From the NCBI GenBank assembly GCA_964016885.1, contig OZ024743.1:78368001-78432000 (forward strand): a DNA stretch of 64,000 bases, written 5' to 3'. Position 1 is the first letter of the stretch. Each line of letters starts with the position of its first letter. The DNA is from Eledone cirrhosa (Eukaryota). This document shows positions 43,623 through 56,487 of the stretch, piece after piece. The notes beneath the pieces are model-generated. The model had not been told where the DNA came from, searched no databases, and saw only the letters and a program-made list of their open reading frames with translations. The translations under genes were made by a program, and so were the position numbers.

Positions 43623-43625
<3 letters not shown>
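43060..43625 (+). mobile_element. family E pLTR (HHR 43489-43535)
   Basis: Inverted homolog of 14849-15340, including the (TG)n flank. Confidence 0.75.
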
Positions 43626-43667
<42 letters not shown>

Positions 43668-43677
<10 letters not shown>

Positions 43678-44092
43678 GAGAATGTCTGTCTGACTCCCTA
43701 AATCTCGAGAACCACCCAACCGATTGTTTTCAAACTTTACACATGTAATACTTATGGTCCTGTGAGTGGTTTGAGCAAAAATATTTCAAACTTGCAATGC
43801 CCTAGGGACTGCATTAGGCGATTTAGCGATCTCTCTCTATAATTCTTAGTCTTTCTTTTTAGATAGGTACATAGATATAACGTTGCGCCCTTATAATATC
43901 TGCCTGTATGTCTGGCTGTCTGCATTACGACATTATGACGCTATATGTGTGTGTGTGTATATATGTATATATATATAGTGTGTAACGCTTTTCAAAATAT
44001 TTACGTCTGCGTTCACAGATTGATATTTTTAGTTTCAGAAGATCCCGTTAAGGGTGACAGCAGCGATTCTTTGCTTAAACTTTAATCTGTTA

Positions 44093-44172
<80 letters not shown>

Positions 44173-44415
44173 TATATTCCTGAACAGATATTTTTGCATA
44201 CACAATAACAAAATATAAACAAAAGTATTTATTTCGCAATAAAGTATTGATTTTCTTCGCACGGAAAAAAACCCTGGTAATTTACAACAATTTTTTTTTA
44301 TAAGCACAAAATGTAGACACCATCCCGTGGCCGAGGTATTCCGTACTTCAGAAAGGAGGGATAAACATGCCAATCTATGTTTAGAATCCAGAGCAATGCC
44401 AGGCCATTCTGCTAG
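43668..44415 (+). mobile_element. non-autonomous Helitron-like element with nested TA tract and short insert
   Basis: 5' tataaaacagagaatgtctgtctg. 3' ccagagcaatgccagg..tctgCTAG|t. The nested end cagcgattctttgcttaaactttaatctgttattttaat recurs at 56387-56424. Confidence 0.6.
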
Positions 44416-44513
44416 TATATATATATAATAGCCTACTGCAGGACATATCTACAATTCAGATGTAAACAACATATAGTTGTTTATTTAATGTTGTTGCTGT
44501 TGTTGTTTTACAG

Positions 44514-44728
44514 GATGGTGATAAGTATGCTGTACTATGGAACAACAATTAATGCTGTTGACATGGCTGGAAACCAATACATAAACTTCCTGCTGATGAT
44601 GGCAGTGGAAATACCATCCTATTTATGTAGTTACTTTTTATTTAAATGTATTGACCATCGAAAACCCATTAGTTTTTTCATGATGTTTAGTGGATTAAAC
44701 TGCATCATCTCCAATTTTGTACCCAAAG
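44514..44728 (+). CDS. SLC22-like transporter exon (about TM7-TM9)
   Basis: ttttacAG acceptor. TG|G completes Trp with the 1030-1299 exon. Reads MVISMLYYGTTINAVDMAGNQYINFLLMMAVEIPSYLCSYFLFKCIDHRKP...NFVPK. GT donor at 44729, phase 1. Confidence 0.93.
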
Positions 44729-44749
44729 GTAATATATATAGATAAATAC

Positions 44750-44788
<39 letters not shown>

Positions 44789-45416
44789 TGCAGGATATCC
44801 ATAGATAAAAGCCAATGAAAATAATGCTCTATTTATTTGGAAGACAGCTTATGTAGGATAATTAAAATGTAATACATTTAACATATATGCACGACCTTAG
44901 GTTTCAGGGTCATGTTATGGCCACTACTGTATAATGGAGGAGCTATATAGCTACTGTATACAGCTACTGTATAATGGAGGAGCTATATCGTTTTAATACA
45001 GTGGAGAGCCCGTTTTAGAGATCAAGGGAAGTAATTCCAGAGGTCTGAATTTCTCTTTGAAATGTGTGTGTGTAATATGTGCATAACTTAATTTATAAGC
45101 TAATCTGTATGTATGTATATGTGAGTAACTTGAGTTGTAAGCTAATTATCTAAAGAAAATTTAAATACTTTAAAGGAGTTAGTTACAGACAGAGATTATA
45201 GATTGTTTACCCTTGAGGGGCCAATGTCGATACCTTCTGATGGAATATATTGGATCATGGAGGATTTAGGAGGTCAGATGAGGAAGTGGGGGGGGGGGCA
45301 TCTTGTAGTGTAAGTTTTACCTATTAGATATTCACCTGTAATGTAATGTATATATGAGGAGGAGGAGAAGGACTGAGGCATCTGCTGCAATATCTTTTGA
45401 TTTAATTATGTTTTAG

Positions 45417-45525
45417 GTTCATACTGGTTTCCTCTGATCCTGGTTATTCTGGGAAAATTTGGAATCTCTGCAGCTTTTGGTTCAATTTATCTGTTAACAG
45501 CAGAAATATTTCCAACAGTAGTTCG
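45417..45525 (+). CDS. SLC22-like transporter exon (about TM10)
   Basis: ttttAG acceptor. Reads GSYWFPLILVILGKFGISAAFGSIYLLTAEIFPTVV(R), with the AE(L/I)FPTxxR signature. GTAAG donor at 45526. Not in the ORF track. Confidence 0.93.
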
Positions 45526-45596
45526 GTAAGTTTTGTTGAGACATCTTTGTAAAAATCCAAGAATTTTTGATTTGCCAAAGTCCATAAAGTAACAGA

Positions 45597-46335
45597 TAGA
45601 ATGAGGTGTATATAATGAGGTGTGTAGATTGTAGTATATATGATGTGGTGGGTAGATTAATGTGTGTATATATTGAGGTGTGTAGATTGTAGTATATATG
45701 ATGTGGTGGGTAGATTAATGTGTGTATATAATGAGGTGTGTAGATTGTAGTATATATGATGTGGTGGGTAGATTAATGTGTGTATATAATGAGGTGTGTA
45801 GATTGTAGTATATATGATGTGGTGGGTAGATTAATGTGTGAATATACTGAGGTGTGTAGATTGTAGTATATATGATGCGGTGGGTAGATTAATGTGTGTA
45901 TATATTGAGGTGTGTAGATTGTGGTTTATAGAATGAGGTGTATATAATGTGGTGTGTAAATGGTTGTATACACAATGAAGTGTGTAGATTGTGGTGTGTT
46001 GAATGAGGTCTATATAATTGTTTCTACTTTAGGCACAAGGCCAGAAATTACCCAGTACATTACTGGTACTTTATTTTATCGACCCCGTAAGGATGAAAGG
46101 CAAAGTTAACCTCGGCTGTAAAGGGACGTAACTATGCTAGAAAGCATGGCGTCCAACCCTCTACCGATACTGCCAATTCACCGACCTTCACTAATGAGGT
46201 CTATATAATGTGGTGTGTAAATAGTCATGTACATAATGTGGTGTGTAGACTGAGGAATATATAATGTGTTGTATTGATTGCAGTGTGTAGATTGATGTGT
46301 ATAGGGTGAGGTGTGTAGAATGAGGTGTATACAAT
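45597..46335 (+). repeat. minisatellite, about 59-bp unit, interrupted by a SINE
   Basis: Unit tgaggtgtgtagattgtagtatatatgatgtggtgggtagattaatgtgtgtatataa, about 5 clean copies then degenerate ones. Confidence 0.93.
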
Positions 46336-46387
46336 ATATGTAGAAGAGATATTCCGTTGATCAGAAGTAATAAAAGTTTCACCACCT

Positions 46388-46700
46388 TCATCATCATCGT
46401 TTAACATCTCTCTTCCACGCTAGTATGGGTTTAGACGGGAATTGTCCCACTTGAGGCAAGATCGGTCGGGTGACTGTGTCTCACTTGTATTGGACTGTCT
46501 GGCAGGTTTTCTATGACTGGATACCCTTCCTAACACCAACCGCGTTCACAGTGTAGACTGGGAGGTTTTTACCATGTTACCTAATGGCCACATTACAGTG
46601 TGGACTGTGTGTTTTTTGTCATGAAACCTACATGATCTCATTTATTTTGGACTTGATGTTGTGGTACCAACATAACTTAACATCGAAAGGGGTGGTGTCA
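46388..46700 (-). mobile_element. RTE family 2 3'UTR fragment
   Basis: Homologous to 11970-12290. Confidence 0.85.
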
Positions 46701-46787
46701 GATATATAATTGAAATACTTAAAACAAACACATAGTCAAATTCTAACAGAAATATATGTGAAGTAACAAATTATTTTTCTTTTTCAG

Positions 46788-46998
46788 AACAAATGGTTTA
46801 GGCATATCTTCTGTGTGTGCCCGTATCGGTGGTATCTGTGCCCCTCTTATACTTCAACTATCATTCTATGTTTCATGGCTTCCTCTAACCATCTATGGTC
46901 TTTTGTCTGTGATATCTGGTTCATTGTTGCTACTACTACCAGATACGAAAGATAAAGATTTACCTCAAACACTTGAAGATGTAAATGAAATGTCATGA
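46788..46998 (+). CDS. SLC22-like transporter last coding exon (TM11-TM12, C-terminus)
   Basis: ttttcAG acceptor. Reads (R)TNGLGISSVCARIGGICAPLILQL...LLLPDTKDKDLPQTLEDVNEMS*, with the LPET(K)-like motif. TGA at 46996-46998. Phases of all four exons are compatible. Confidence 0.93.
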
Positions 46999-47119
46999 TA
47001 AAAAAAAGAAGAGCAATATTCTCTTGAATATATTAAAAAATCCCAGTTTTTATAAATTCATAAATACTTATATTTTATCTCCATATAAAAACAAATGTTT
47101 GTGTCTCTGTCCTCTAGGA

Positions 47120-47323
47120 AATAAATACTGGTAACCAAAATTAAATAAAATTCACATTCAAATATGTTAGTGTGAGTTCATACTCATACATTATATATGT
47201 TACAAGCATTGTGCAAAGCTTATGTATTGTACAGAATACATAATGCCTGGACATTCCCTCTGGTAACATATATATTAGCAGAAATTTTCCTGGAAGGCAG
47301 GTGCTGTTCCTACTTGTAATAAA
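47120..47323 (+). terminator. candidate polyadenylation signals of the SLC22-like gene
   Basis: AATAAA at 47120, 47144 and 47318, downstream of the stop. The context is AT-rich, so chance matches are possible. Confidence 0.4.
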
Positions 47324-47438
47324 TAAGTTTTGAAAGCAAAATTAAATGAGCTCATTTTAATATTTGATTTTTGAAATATCTTATAAACAATTTCCCTTCC
47401 ATTCTAAGCAAACATAAACATATATATATATATATATA

Positions 47439-49969
47439 CCCGTAGTGGGGAATGTACCTCCCATCATAACCTAGTTGTCAGCGACTTCACTGTCAGAACT
47501 GGACAAACTTGGAAACAGAAGGCAACCTGGAGGAGAAAGATCTGGATGCTGAAAGACCCCTCAGCCAGTAACAGACTTAAAGATATTTTACTCGACGCCT
47601 ATGACAGTAAAGAAGAACAGATACAGACATTCAATGTAGAAGAGCACTGGGTGTTCCTAAAAAATAGTTTACTAAAGGCGACGGATAAGATCTGTGGTTG
47701 GACCACAGGCAGGAAGAGAGTGACTTGGTGGTGGAACAATAAGGTAGATGAGGAAGTTAAGGCAAAGAGACAGACATGGAAAGAATGGAAGAACGGGGGA
47801 AGAAGAGTACATTACATAGAGACCAGGAGGGAAGCTAGGCGACAAGTATTAGCTAGAAGGGAAGCGGAGGATAGAAAAGTCAAGCATGTTTTGCAACGTG
47901 AGGACCAGAAGCAGGTGTTCAAGGTTGCGAGGCATTGTGTCAGAGCGAATTGTGATGTCATTGGAGAGAAGTGTATCCGGAATGATAAAGGTGAGCTTGC
48001 CCTCACAAGTGCTGAGAAGAAAGATGGGTGAAAGAGCCATTATGAAAGATTACTAAATGAGGAGAATGCATGGGAAAAAGAGACCCTACCCCAAGTAGAC
48101 CCTATAGAGGGGCCAGCAGTACAAGTCAGCAGCAACGTAGTAAGTAAGGCAATCAAGGATATGAAGACTGTGAAAGCAACCAGTCCATCGGATATAGCTG
48201 CCGAGATGCTGAAGGCATCTGGGTTGGTAGGTCACACCTTAACCACACGTATTGTTAACCAGGTAAAACTAAAGGGTGTCATACCAAGGCATTGGTGCAG
48301 CAGCATCATTGTAAACTGCTACAAGGGTGATGCACTAGATAGAGGAAACTATAGAGGTATAATGCTGATGGACCAGGTCATGAAAGTAACAGAAAGAGTT
48401 ATAGCACAGTTGATTAGGGACCGGGTGAAACTAGATGAGCAAATCGGGTTTGTGCCAGGAAAATGCACCACTGATGCGCTATTCCTTGTGAAGCAGTTAC
48501 AGGAAAAGTACCTAGCTAAAAGTAAGCCGCTCTACCTGGCATTCGTCGATCTGGAGATAGCCTTTGACAGAGTTCCTCGTGCTATAATCTGGTGGGCTCT
48601 TAGAAAACTAGGCGTAGATGAATGGCTTGTGAAAGCTGTACACGCTATGTATAGGGAAGTAGTCAGAAAAGTTAGGATTAGCAATGACTATAGCGAGGAA
48701 TTTAGCATACAGGTTGGTGTCCACCAGGGCCCTGTTCTTAACCCTCTCCTGTTCATCATAGTTTTGCAGGCAATAACGGAGGAGTTTAAGACCGGATGCC
48801 CATGGGAATTCCTGTATGTGGATGACCTCGCACTTATAGCTGAATCTATAGTAGAACTAGAGAAGAAATTCCAAACCTGGAAGCAGGACCTAGAAAGAAA
48901 GGGTCTTAAAGTCAACCTGACAAAGACTAAGGTCGTTGTAAGTAGACGAGAAAACAGAACCCAGATCCCCTCAGGAAAATGGCCTTGCTCAGTATGTAGG
49001 AAAGGTGTAGGTAGGAACTCCATCCTCTGCCCCGAATGCAAACAATGTGTACACAAGAGATGTAGTGGAATCTCAGGAAGCTTAACTTAGAATGTAGGCT
49101 TCACATGTAGCAGCTGCACTGGGACAGCAAGCAGGAAACAGCCACAGGAAACAAGCACCACCAAACTCTGAGCTACTGCTACTGCTAGCTGCAAAAGGCT
49201 TTTCCCTCAAAATGAAAGGTAAACTGTATGATGCGTGTATATGAACAGCAATGTTACATCGTAGTGAAACCTGGGCGCTGTCTGTAGAAGACTAGCATAG
49301 ATTAGAAAGAAACGAAGTTTGCATGCTCCGATGGATGTGTAATAGTAATATACGCGAATGGCAAGGCATAAACGAATTGAGAGAGAGACTGAGCATAAGA
49401 GGAATCAAATGCTGTGTGCAGGAGAGGAGATTGCGTTGGTATGGATATGTTATGTGTATGAAGGATGACAGCTGCATAAAAAGGTGCAGAGCACTAGAAG
49501 TCGATGGAAGCCGGGGAGTGGGGAGACCCAAGAAGACCTGGGATGAAGTGATAAAAGCCGACCTTTCCCAATTGCACCTCTCAAAGGTGATGACACACGA
49601 CCACGACCTCTGATTTCATGCAGTAATACAGAAGACCCAACTTCCCACAGGAACAAGCCGAGGCTGAAGCATATAGACAATATTCCCCATCCCCTCTCAC
49701 TGCAAAATGGTCGTGGAGGTGCCACGGAAAAAGAGCACCCAGCCCACACTATAAAGTGGACGTGTAGGCGCCATGGAAAAAAAGCACCCAGCACACACTG
49801 TAAATGAGGCTGGTGTTAAGAAGGGCATCCAGCTGTAGAAATCAAGCCAGAAACAGTTCCTGTATGAGCAAGACAAGATCAGCCGACCTGACACTACGCA
49901 CAACAGGACAACCCGTTTAATCCATGCTAGCGTGGAAGAACAGATGTAACAAGGTGATGATGATGATGA
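47439..49969 (+). mobile_element. decayed RTE family 1-like copy
   Basis: Fragmented ORFs 47546-48031, 48161-49090 and 49323-49613. Internal deletion near 49170. 3'UTR and (GAT)n tail. Confidence 0.93.
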
Positions 49970-50169
49970 TATATATGAAGATAGTCTGCTCCGTCCAAAG
50001 CTTGACCACTTCTTGCACTTTATGTCTGTTCCCTCCTGGCATGAGATCTCAAATAGCTTTTCAGTCCTGAAAGCCTGTGAAAGACCCATCCACAAACCAT
50101 ACAATGATGTCTCATTTCATTCATGTTTCCACTTTGGGTTTGCTTATTGTGTTTGTTCAAATGTCACTT

Positions 50170-50217
<48 letters not shown>

Positions 50218-50220
<3 letters not shown>

Positions 50221-50487
50221 TTCCTGATTATTACTGGAATTCTATAAGAATCCAACATTTATAATTTTCAACAGACAAAGGCGAGTGCTAAGCTCTGATG
50301 ATTGCCAACAGTATGAAACAGCTTATCTCCCTTTGTTTGTTGAAAAAAGAAGTAAGTGACATAGTCACGACTTTAAAACAATAGCGTAAGGTCTTCAAAA
50401 TATTTTTAATTAAGCATACAGTATATTGCCAAATATACTATATATACAGTCATGTATACATCGCCATTTCAGAGCACCAATTCTAAT
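50218..50487 (+). mobile_element. TA-flanked pLTR family H with degenerate HHR (50289-50325)
   Basis: taagct CUGAUGA ttgc-caaca-gtat GAAA c agctta, inside an outer stem ttttcaacagacaaagg/cctttgtttgttgaaaa. Stem III and the cleavage site appear deleted. Confidence 0.6.
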
Positions 50488-50961
50488 ATATATATATATA
50501 CTGATTAGGGATTGAATTAATTCATATGAGATGCAGTTATATATATATATATATATATATATGGTAAAACATTGATGTAATTTAATTCAAGAACTCAACA
50601 GGGGAACAGACATTCGCTTCATGAATATCGTGTTTGTCCGTTCCCTTGTCACTTCAATTTTGGAATACCTCCTGATTGTAACCTTATCATGTAAGAAGCT
50701 GTCTGATGAGATCATGGCACTGGGTACTACGCAGAATCGCGTGGCCACTGTCGTCATCAAAATATCAATAAAGGACTTTGACATCTAAACTACTTTGTAT
50801 TTCCTTATTCTCTCTCTCTATATATAAATAAAAGTTATCAAGGAAAAGGGGCAGGAGAACAATACTTTACAATGATGATGGATATTAATTTAATGCTTGA
50901 TATAGGAAAAGAGGCAATGTTTTGGACATTAGTCTTTCATTGGAGGATAAAATGAAAGAGG

Positions 50962-51360
50962 GGAAAAAGAAATAGGATAGAGTGACTGTTGTGAACACAA
51001 AGTTCCTCCCTAGTGGAGAATGCACCTCCCAACATATCTTAGTAGTTAGCAACCTTATAGTCTGGGCTAGAAAAACCCAGCAACAGGAGTTCCTGAAAGA
51101 TAACCTACTGAAGACGACAAATGAAATCTGCAGTTGGAAAATATCTATCGGAGGAAGGAGAATATCTTGGTGGTGGAACAGTAAGGTAGATGAGACAATT
51201 AAGGCCATAAGATAGGTTTGGAAGAACTAATAAAGATCTTTCTCTCCCTTATTAAGAAGCATTTCCCCCCCAGCACATAAATATAATAAAATGTTTAATA
51301 GAAATAGCATTAAAATATCTTACTTCACGACTCCTAACTTTGCACATAACACCACTGCTT
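50962..51360 (+). mobile_element. old RTE fragment (50962-51230) followed by PLE thumb/linker fragment (51230-51360)
   Basis: ECTSQHILVV..WWWNSKV, then KKHFPP..HKYNKMFNRNSIKISY, homologous to 56714 onward. Confidence 0.65.
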
Positions 51361-51726
51361 CAAATTTAGCTAAATTACCTAGGGCGTTTTGGAGCAAGGG
51401 GTCGTTAGGGGGGGGGGGGCGTTTGAAGTTTTGTGGGGCGCTAAGGGGCCATTGGAAGGCTATTTACTTAGGTAAGTTTTATAAGCCATATTCGTACGTC
51501 TCTGAGACAGCCAGTATGAATGCATTTGAACGAAGAAAACGAAGAAAATAAATAAAAGAAGCTTGTCAACGAATTCCCTAGGGAAATAAACGAAATAAAT
51601 AAAAGAAAATGAACATATGTACATCTTCAACTTTGACAACAGTTACAAAAACAACAGAAACGACAGAAAAAGGAGCAGGGGATGAAAGCTGTGGTGTATG
51701 CATACAATCATTCACACACATGCATA

Positions 51727-51804
<78 letters not shown>

Positions 51805-52033
51805 CAGGCCGGCGTTAGTGTTTGATGAGGTTGAGACCCTGGTCAGCTTTCAGCCAGAGCTGTGGTATTTAATCTCCCTAGGTAATAAAATCTGGAGTCA
51901 AAATTCTCTCCTTGCCAAATAAAAACATAAATCATGTCACCATCCTTACACACTTAAATATAAATGCATGTATATATATACAAATGTATAACTGCATAGC
52001 TATATACATAGGTAAATGTATGTATGTATGTAG

Positions 52034-52064
<31 letters not shown>

Positions 52065-52068
<4 letters not shown>

Positions 52069-52972
52069 TGTTCACGTGACAGCCAAATTTCATTTATAAC
52101 CAATCAAATCGCGTTTATTAAAAAGAAGCCTTCGTGAGCCACCTTTTTTTTAAGTAAAGAAATTCAAACATACACACACACGCACACACACACAAGCACA
52201 CAAACAAACATACATATCTTTACTTTCTTTATTCAATAGAAAATCTGAATTCTGACACCCCAGTGAACTAACCATATTCACTGAACCAGAACAATTCTCC
52301 CACCCCTTTCTCTTGACCATTATCTTCACTTGCCTTTCATCCTTACGGGGTCGATAAAATAAAGTACCAGTAATGTACTGGGTATTTGCTGGCCTTGTGC
52401 CTAAAGTAGAAACAATTATCTTTCACTTATCATAAAATTCTCTAAAAAGGCTACAGAGCGGATTTCCAAATAAGGGTACGGAAATTTAATGAAAACTTGT
52501 TCACGTGTCAGCCATAATTTCATTTATAACCAACCCCCAAAAAAGGCTTCGTGAGCCCCTTTTTTCAAGTAAAAAGAAATTCAAACACTCATATATGAAA
52601 AAACAACCTGTGACAACCCCCCCCTCTTATTTGAAGAACTATTGTAACGCGAACTGGCGCGAAATTTATTATAATTATTGACAAACCAATCAAATTACTT
52701 CTCGAAAAACCTGGCATTTCGAGCCACTTTTTGCATATAAAACAAGTAACATTCAGAGACCAACCAGATGTGAGAAAAACCAAAGACCCTCCATCTCAAC
52801 TCACCTTTTGAAAAGCAGAAGAACTGCGAAACCGGTAAAGGAACCAAATAAATATATATATTTAAAAAAAATATAAGACTCCAGTTGCATTTTCGATTTC
52901 ATCTCTTTTTCTTTATACTTTCACTCGTGTAGGACACCTCGGTTATTTTTCAATTTGTAAAAAAACCCTCAC

Positions 52973-52980
<8 letters not shown>
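52065..52980 (+). mobile_element. family C pLTR, linear copy with repeated promoter-like modules and a nested SINE piece
   Basis: 52775-52980 matches 22031-22393. TA-flanked. Confidence 0.72.
52804..52841 (+). ncRNA. minimal hammerhead motif, U3:A8 compensatory core (family C)
   Basis: cctt UUGAAAA gcag-aagaa-ctgc GAAA ccgg UA aagg. All stems are Watson-Crick and stem III is palindromic. Confidence 0.82.
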
Positions 52981-53038
<58 letters not shown>

Positions 53039-53267
53039 CACACCACACACATATATATATATATTTCTTTTTTCAGTCTGGTCTACCTCTGGATAGAACT
53101 CAATGTAATCTTGTAAAATAGAGAAGTTCTGTGTTTCGCTGAATTAATTCTTTAGATACAGAGTCAGATATTAGGTATTAAATTAACAATAAAAATAAAA
53201 ACAACAAAATAAAAACAAAGTTATAAAGTAACTTGAATTTGTTCTTTTTATTATCATTGTTAATTTG

Positions 53268-53640
<373 letters not shown>

Positions 53641-53658
53641 TATATATATATATATATG

Positions 53659-53700
<42 letters not shown>

Positions 53701-53750
53701 AGTATGTATGTGTACGCACATACATATATGTATACAGACGTACAGTAGCA

Positions 53751-53782
<32 letters not shown>

Positions 53783-53785
<3 letters not shown>

Positions 53786-54428
53786 TGGCTGCCAACTCGT
53801 TTTCGAGTACGGCCACTACTTTATATCCATGTAGGAGAACCCCTACCGATGCGCTGAACGAGTGTGACTTTTAGTCCAGCCAGCGACTTGAAAACTCTGG
53901 TACAAACACTACACTTGTGACAATTATTGACACATAGTGCTGGGCCCATGGTATCATGTGACGACAAGTGCAGAGAGATCTCCAGATATAAAGCAATGCC
54001 TGTGCCGTGAAACTTTTATAGTGAGCAAAGGCAGTGCACAAAGCCAGTCCCACTCTCTTAACCAAGATGATATTTACCAAAAAGAAGAACAAGTCAACAT
54101 CATTGGATACCATCAGGGTTGCAGGTGTTATATCAGAGTTTTCCTTCTCCTAGAATTCTGCCTTGACAAAGGCTAAGGGGTCATCTCTCCCGGTGATTGT
54201 GGATGGTCATTGACTCTTAAGAGCTCATTTGCCCTTTGACAGGTTTGTTTTTAGTCCTGCAGGATGTCCAAAGTCACCCCCCTCACCAAGAAACCTTGGT
54301 GGGGTTGCCAGTTTAGTCGCCAACGACTCGACCATGAGACAGGTTGTACTGGGATACATGTTACCAGTAGCACCAACTAGTGACCTGACATAATATATGT
54401 TACCAGTAGCACCAACTAGTGACCTCAC
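53783..54428 (-). mobile_element. probable RTE-type 5'UTR/5' fragment with duplicated 5' tip
   Basis: About 40-bp direct repeat atgttaccagtagcaccaactagtgacct at 54358 and 54397, and motif ggcgactaaactggcaacccc. Assignment is from recall only. Confidence 0.45.
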
Positions 54429-55029
54429 ATATATATATATACATACACATATACATACAGGTACACATACATATATGTGCGTATCAGTTTAGCGGACGCT
54501 TATTATAACGCCCGCTTTGTTCGTTTGTAAACAAACTGAACAGCCTGAATTTATGCCGTATGGTGTTAAGGCAACCACGTCACCTTTTTGTTCAACACTG
54601 ACATAGGAACGATGTACTAGTTTCAAGCTTGTTAGCTATCATCAGCACCGTATACCCTTCTGCCAGAATTTGCATATCGAGTGAGTTAAATCGGTCAGGC
54701 GTACCGAAATCGGTACGCCTGACCGATTTAACTCACTCGATATGCAAATTAGGCTGCTCAGCCGTTAATTTTCATAAGGAAAGTATATACTTTCGAACGT
54801 TCAACCATCTGGCAGAAGGGTATACGGTGCTGATGATAGCTAACAAGCTTGAAACTAGTACATCGTTCCCGTGTCAGTGTTGAACAAAAAGGTGACGTGG
54901 TTGCCTTAACACCGTACGGCATAAATTCAGGCTGTTCAGTTTGTTTACAAACGAACAAAGCGGGCGTTATAATAAGCGTCCGCTAAACTGATACGCACAT
55001 ATATGTATGTGTACCTGTATGTATATGTG

Positions 55030-55035
<6 letters not shown>
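54428..55035. mobile_element. solo fold-back pLTR family L with nested perfect hairpin 54667-54750
   Basis: Arms 54430-54667 / 54808-55035, with an HHR in each arm. Confidence 0.82.
54825..54865 (+). ncRNA. minimal (dimer-type) hammerhead motif, canonical core (family L)
   Basis: cggtg CUGAUGA t-agct-aaca-agct-t GAAA ctag UA catcg. Mirror copy at 54610-54650(-). Confidence 0.82.
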
Positions 55036-55101
<66 letters not shown>

Positions 55102-55218
55102 TGCTACTGTACGTCTGTATACATATATGTATGTGCGTATACATACATACTTACATTTAAGTAAGTGCCGTACTAAGAGTGAGAAATGAAATTTCGTTTT
55201 CATTTTATTACAACTCTC

Positions 55219-55249
<31 letters not shown>

Positions 55250-55251
55250 AG

Positions 55252-55648
55252 AAGAGGTGTCTCAAACTCAAGGGCATAAAAGGGCCATTACGTCAGGCAC
55301 AGGGGGCCAAACGTGGTGGTGGGTGATGATTTTCATCACTGATGATCATTTCTACTATCGGCACAAGGCATGAAATTTAGGGTTTAGGGAACCGTCGATT
55401 ACATCGATCCCAGTTCACAACTGGAACTTAATTTATCGACCCCAAAAGGATGAAAGGCAAAGTTGAGATCGGCGGAATTTGAACTCGGAATGTAAAAACG
55501 GAAGAAGTACCGCTAAGCATTTCGCCAGATGTGCTAACGATTCCATCAGCTCACCGCCTTATTTTCACCAGTTATAATAGAATCTGAAATATTGGTTCTA
55601 CCGCGGGCCATAGAAAAGTAGTTCACGGGCCGCATGTTTGAGCCCTCT
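55252..55648. mobile_element. hAT-like MITE with nested SINE
   Basis: Ends agaggtgtctcaaac / gtttgagccctctg, with subterminal gggcc motifs. Confidence 0.55.
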
Positions 55649-55671
55649 GTTGGAGAGATAGATAGATAGAT

Positions 55672-56048
55672 ATGTTTCTTTATTAGCCACAGGGGTGCAA
55701 AAGGATGGGACAAATACAAAGGGGGAAGTTTACATACAATAAAAACGTGTAAAATGCTATCACAAATGCAGTTTAAAAATTAATCGATTTTCCCCAATAG
55801 GGGGTAGACATTTCATATGGGTAACACATACACCCGAAAAAATGTGCAATCCTCATCTCCAGGAGTACGAAGAGTTTGTACCCCTTTCCTCTCTTCCTCT
55901 TTTTCCTCAACCTACAGGCTGATATAGAGAGAAGGCCCATTCACTTGGGCCATTCTTGCCACTTTCACCCACCTTTCATAAAACTTGGTGGGTACAGCAC
56001 CTCTCTCTCCATCCTGATTCTTTTCCCAAAGTGGTATTTGAAAAAAAT
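55672..56048 (-). mobile_element. L1/Tx1-like LINE 3' fragment; related fragment at 62853-63205 (+)
   Basis: EREVL..ERWVKVARMAQVNGPSL and REVLPSSQFVERWVREARMTRVNGPAL C-termini, each followed by a 3'UTR ending AATAAAGAAA. Confidence 0.55.
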
Positions 56049-56098
56049 AGATAGATAGATAGATAGAAGTGTACCAAACACACATTTCTTAATCTCTC

Positions 56099-56303
<205 letters not shown>

Positions 56304-56417
56304 ATAATAATAAATTTCAAGACTAAATCCAAAGAGGGTTCGATAAGGATAAATATATATCAAATATATAAGAACCGTAGGAAAGCAGCGATTCTTTGCT
56401 TAAACTTTAATCTGTTA

Positions 56418-56484
<67 letters not shown>

Positions 56485-56487
<3 letters not shown>

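Noticed and set aside
44030-44070. CAGAAGA tccc-gttaa-gggt GACA as a hammerhead
   Set aside because: Both core boxes are altered and there is no UH or stem I. Too degenerate to call.
54301-54360. HDV-like ribozyme on the minus strand
   Set aside because: P2, P3 and P4-like pairings are visible, but there is no room for the P1 3' strand. The fold is not satisfied.
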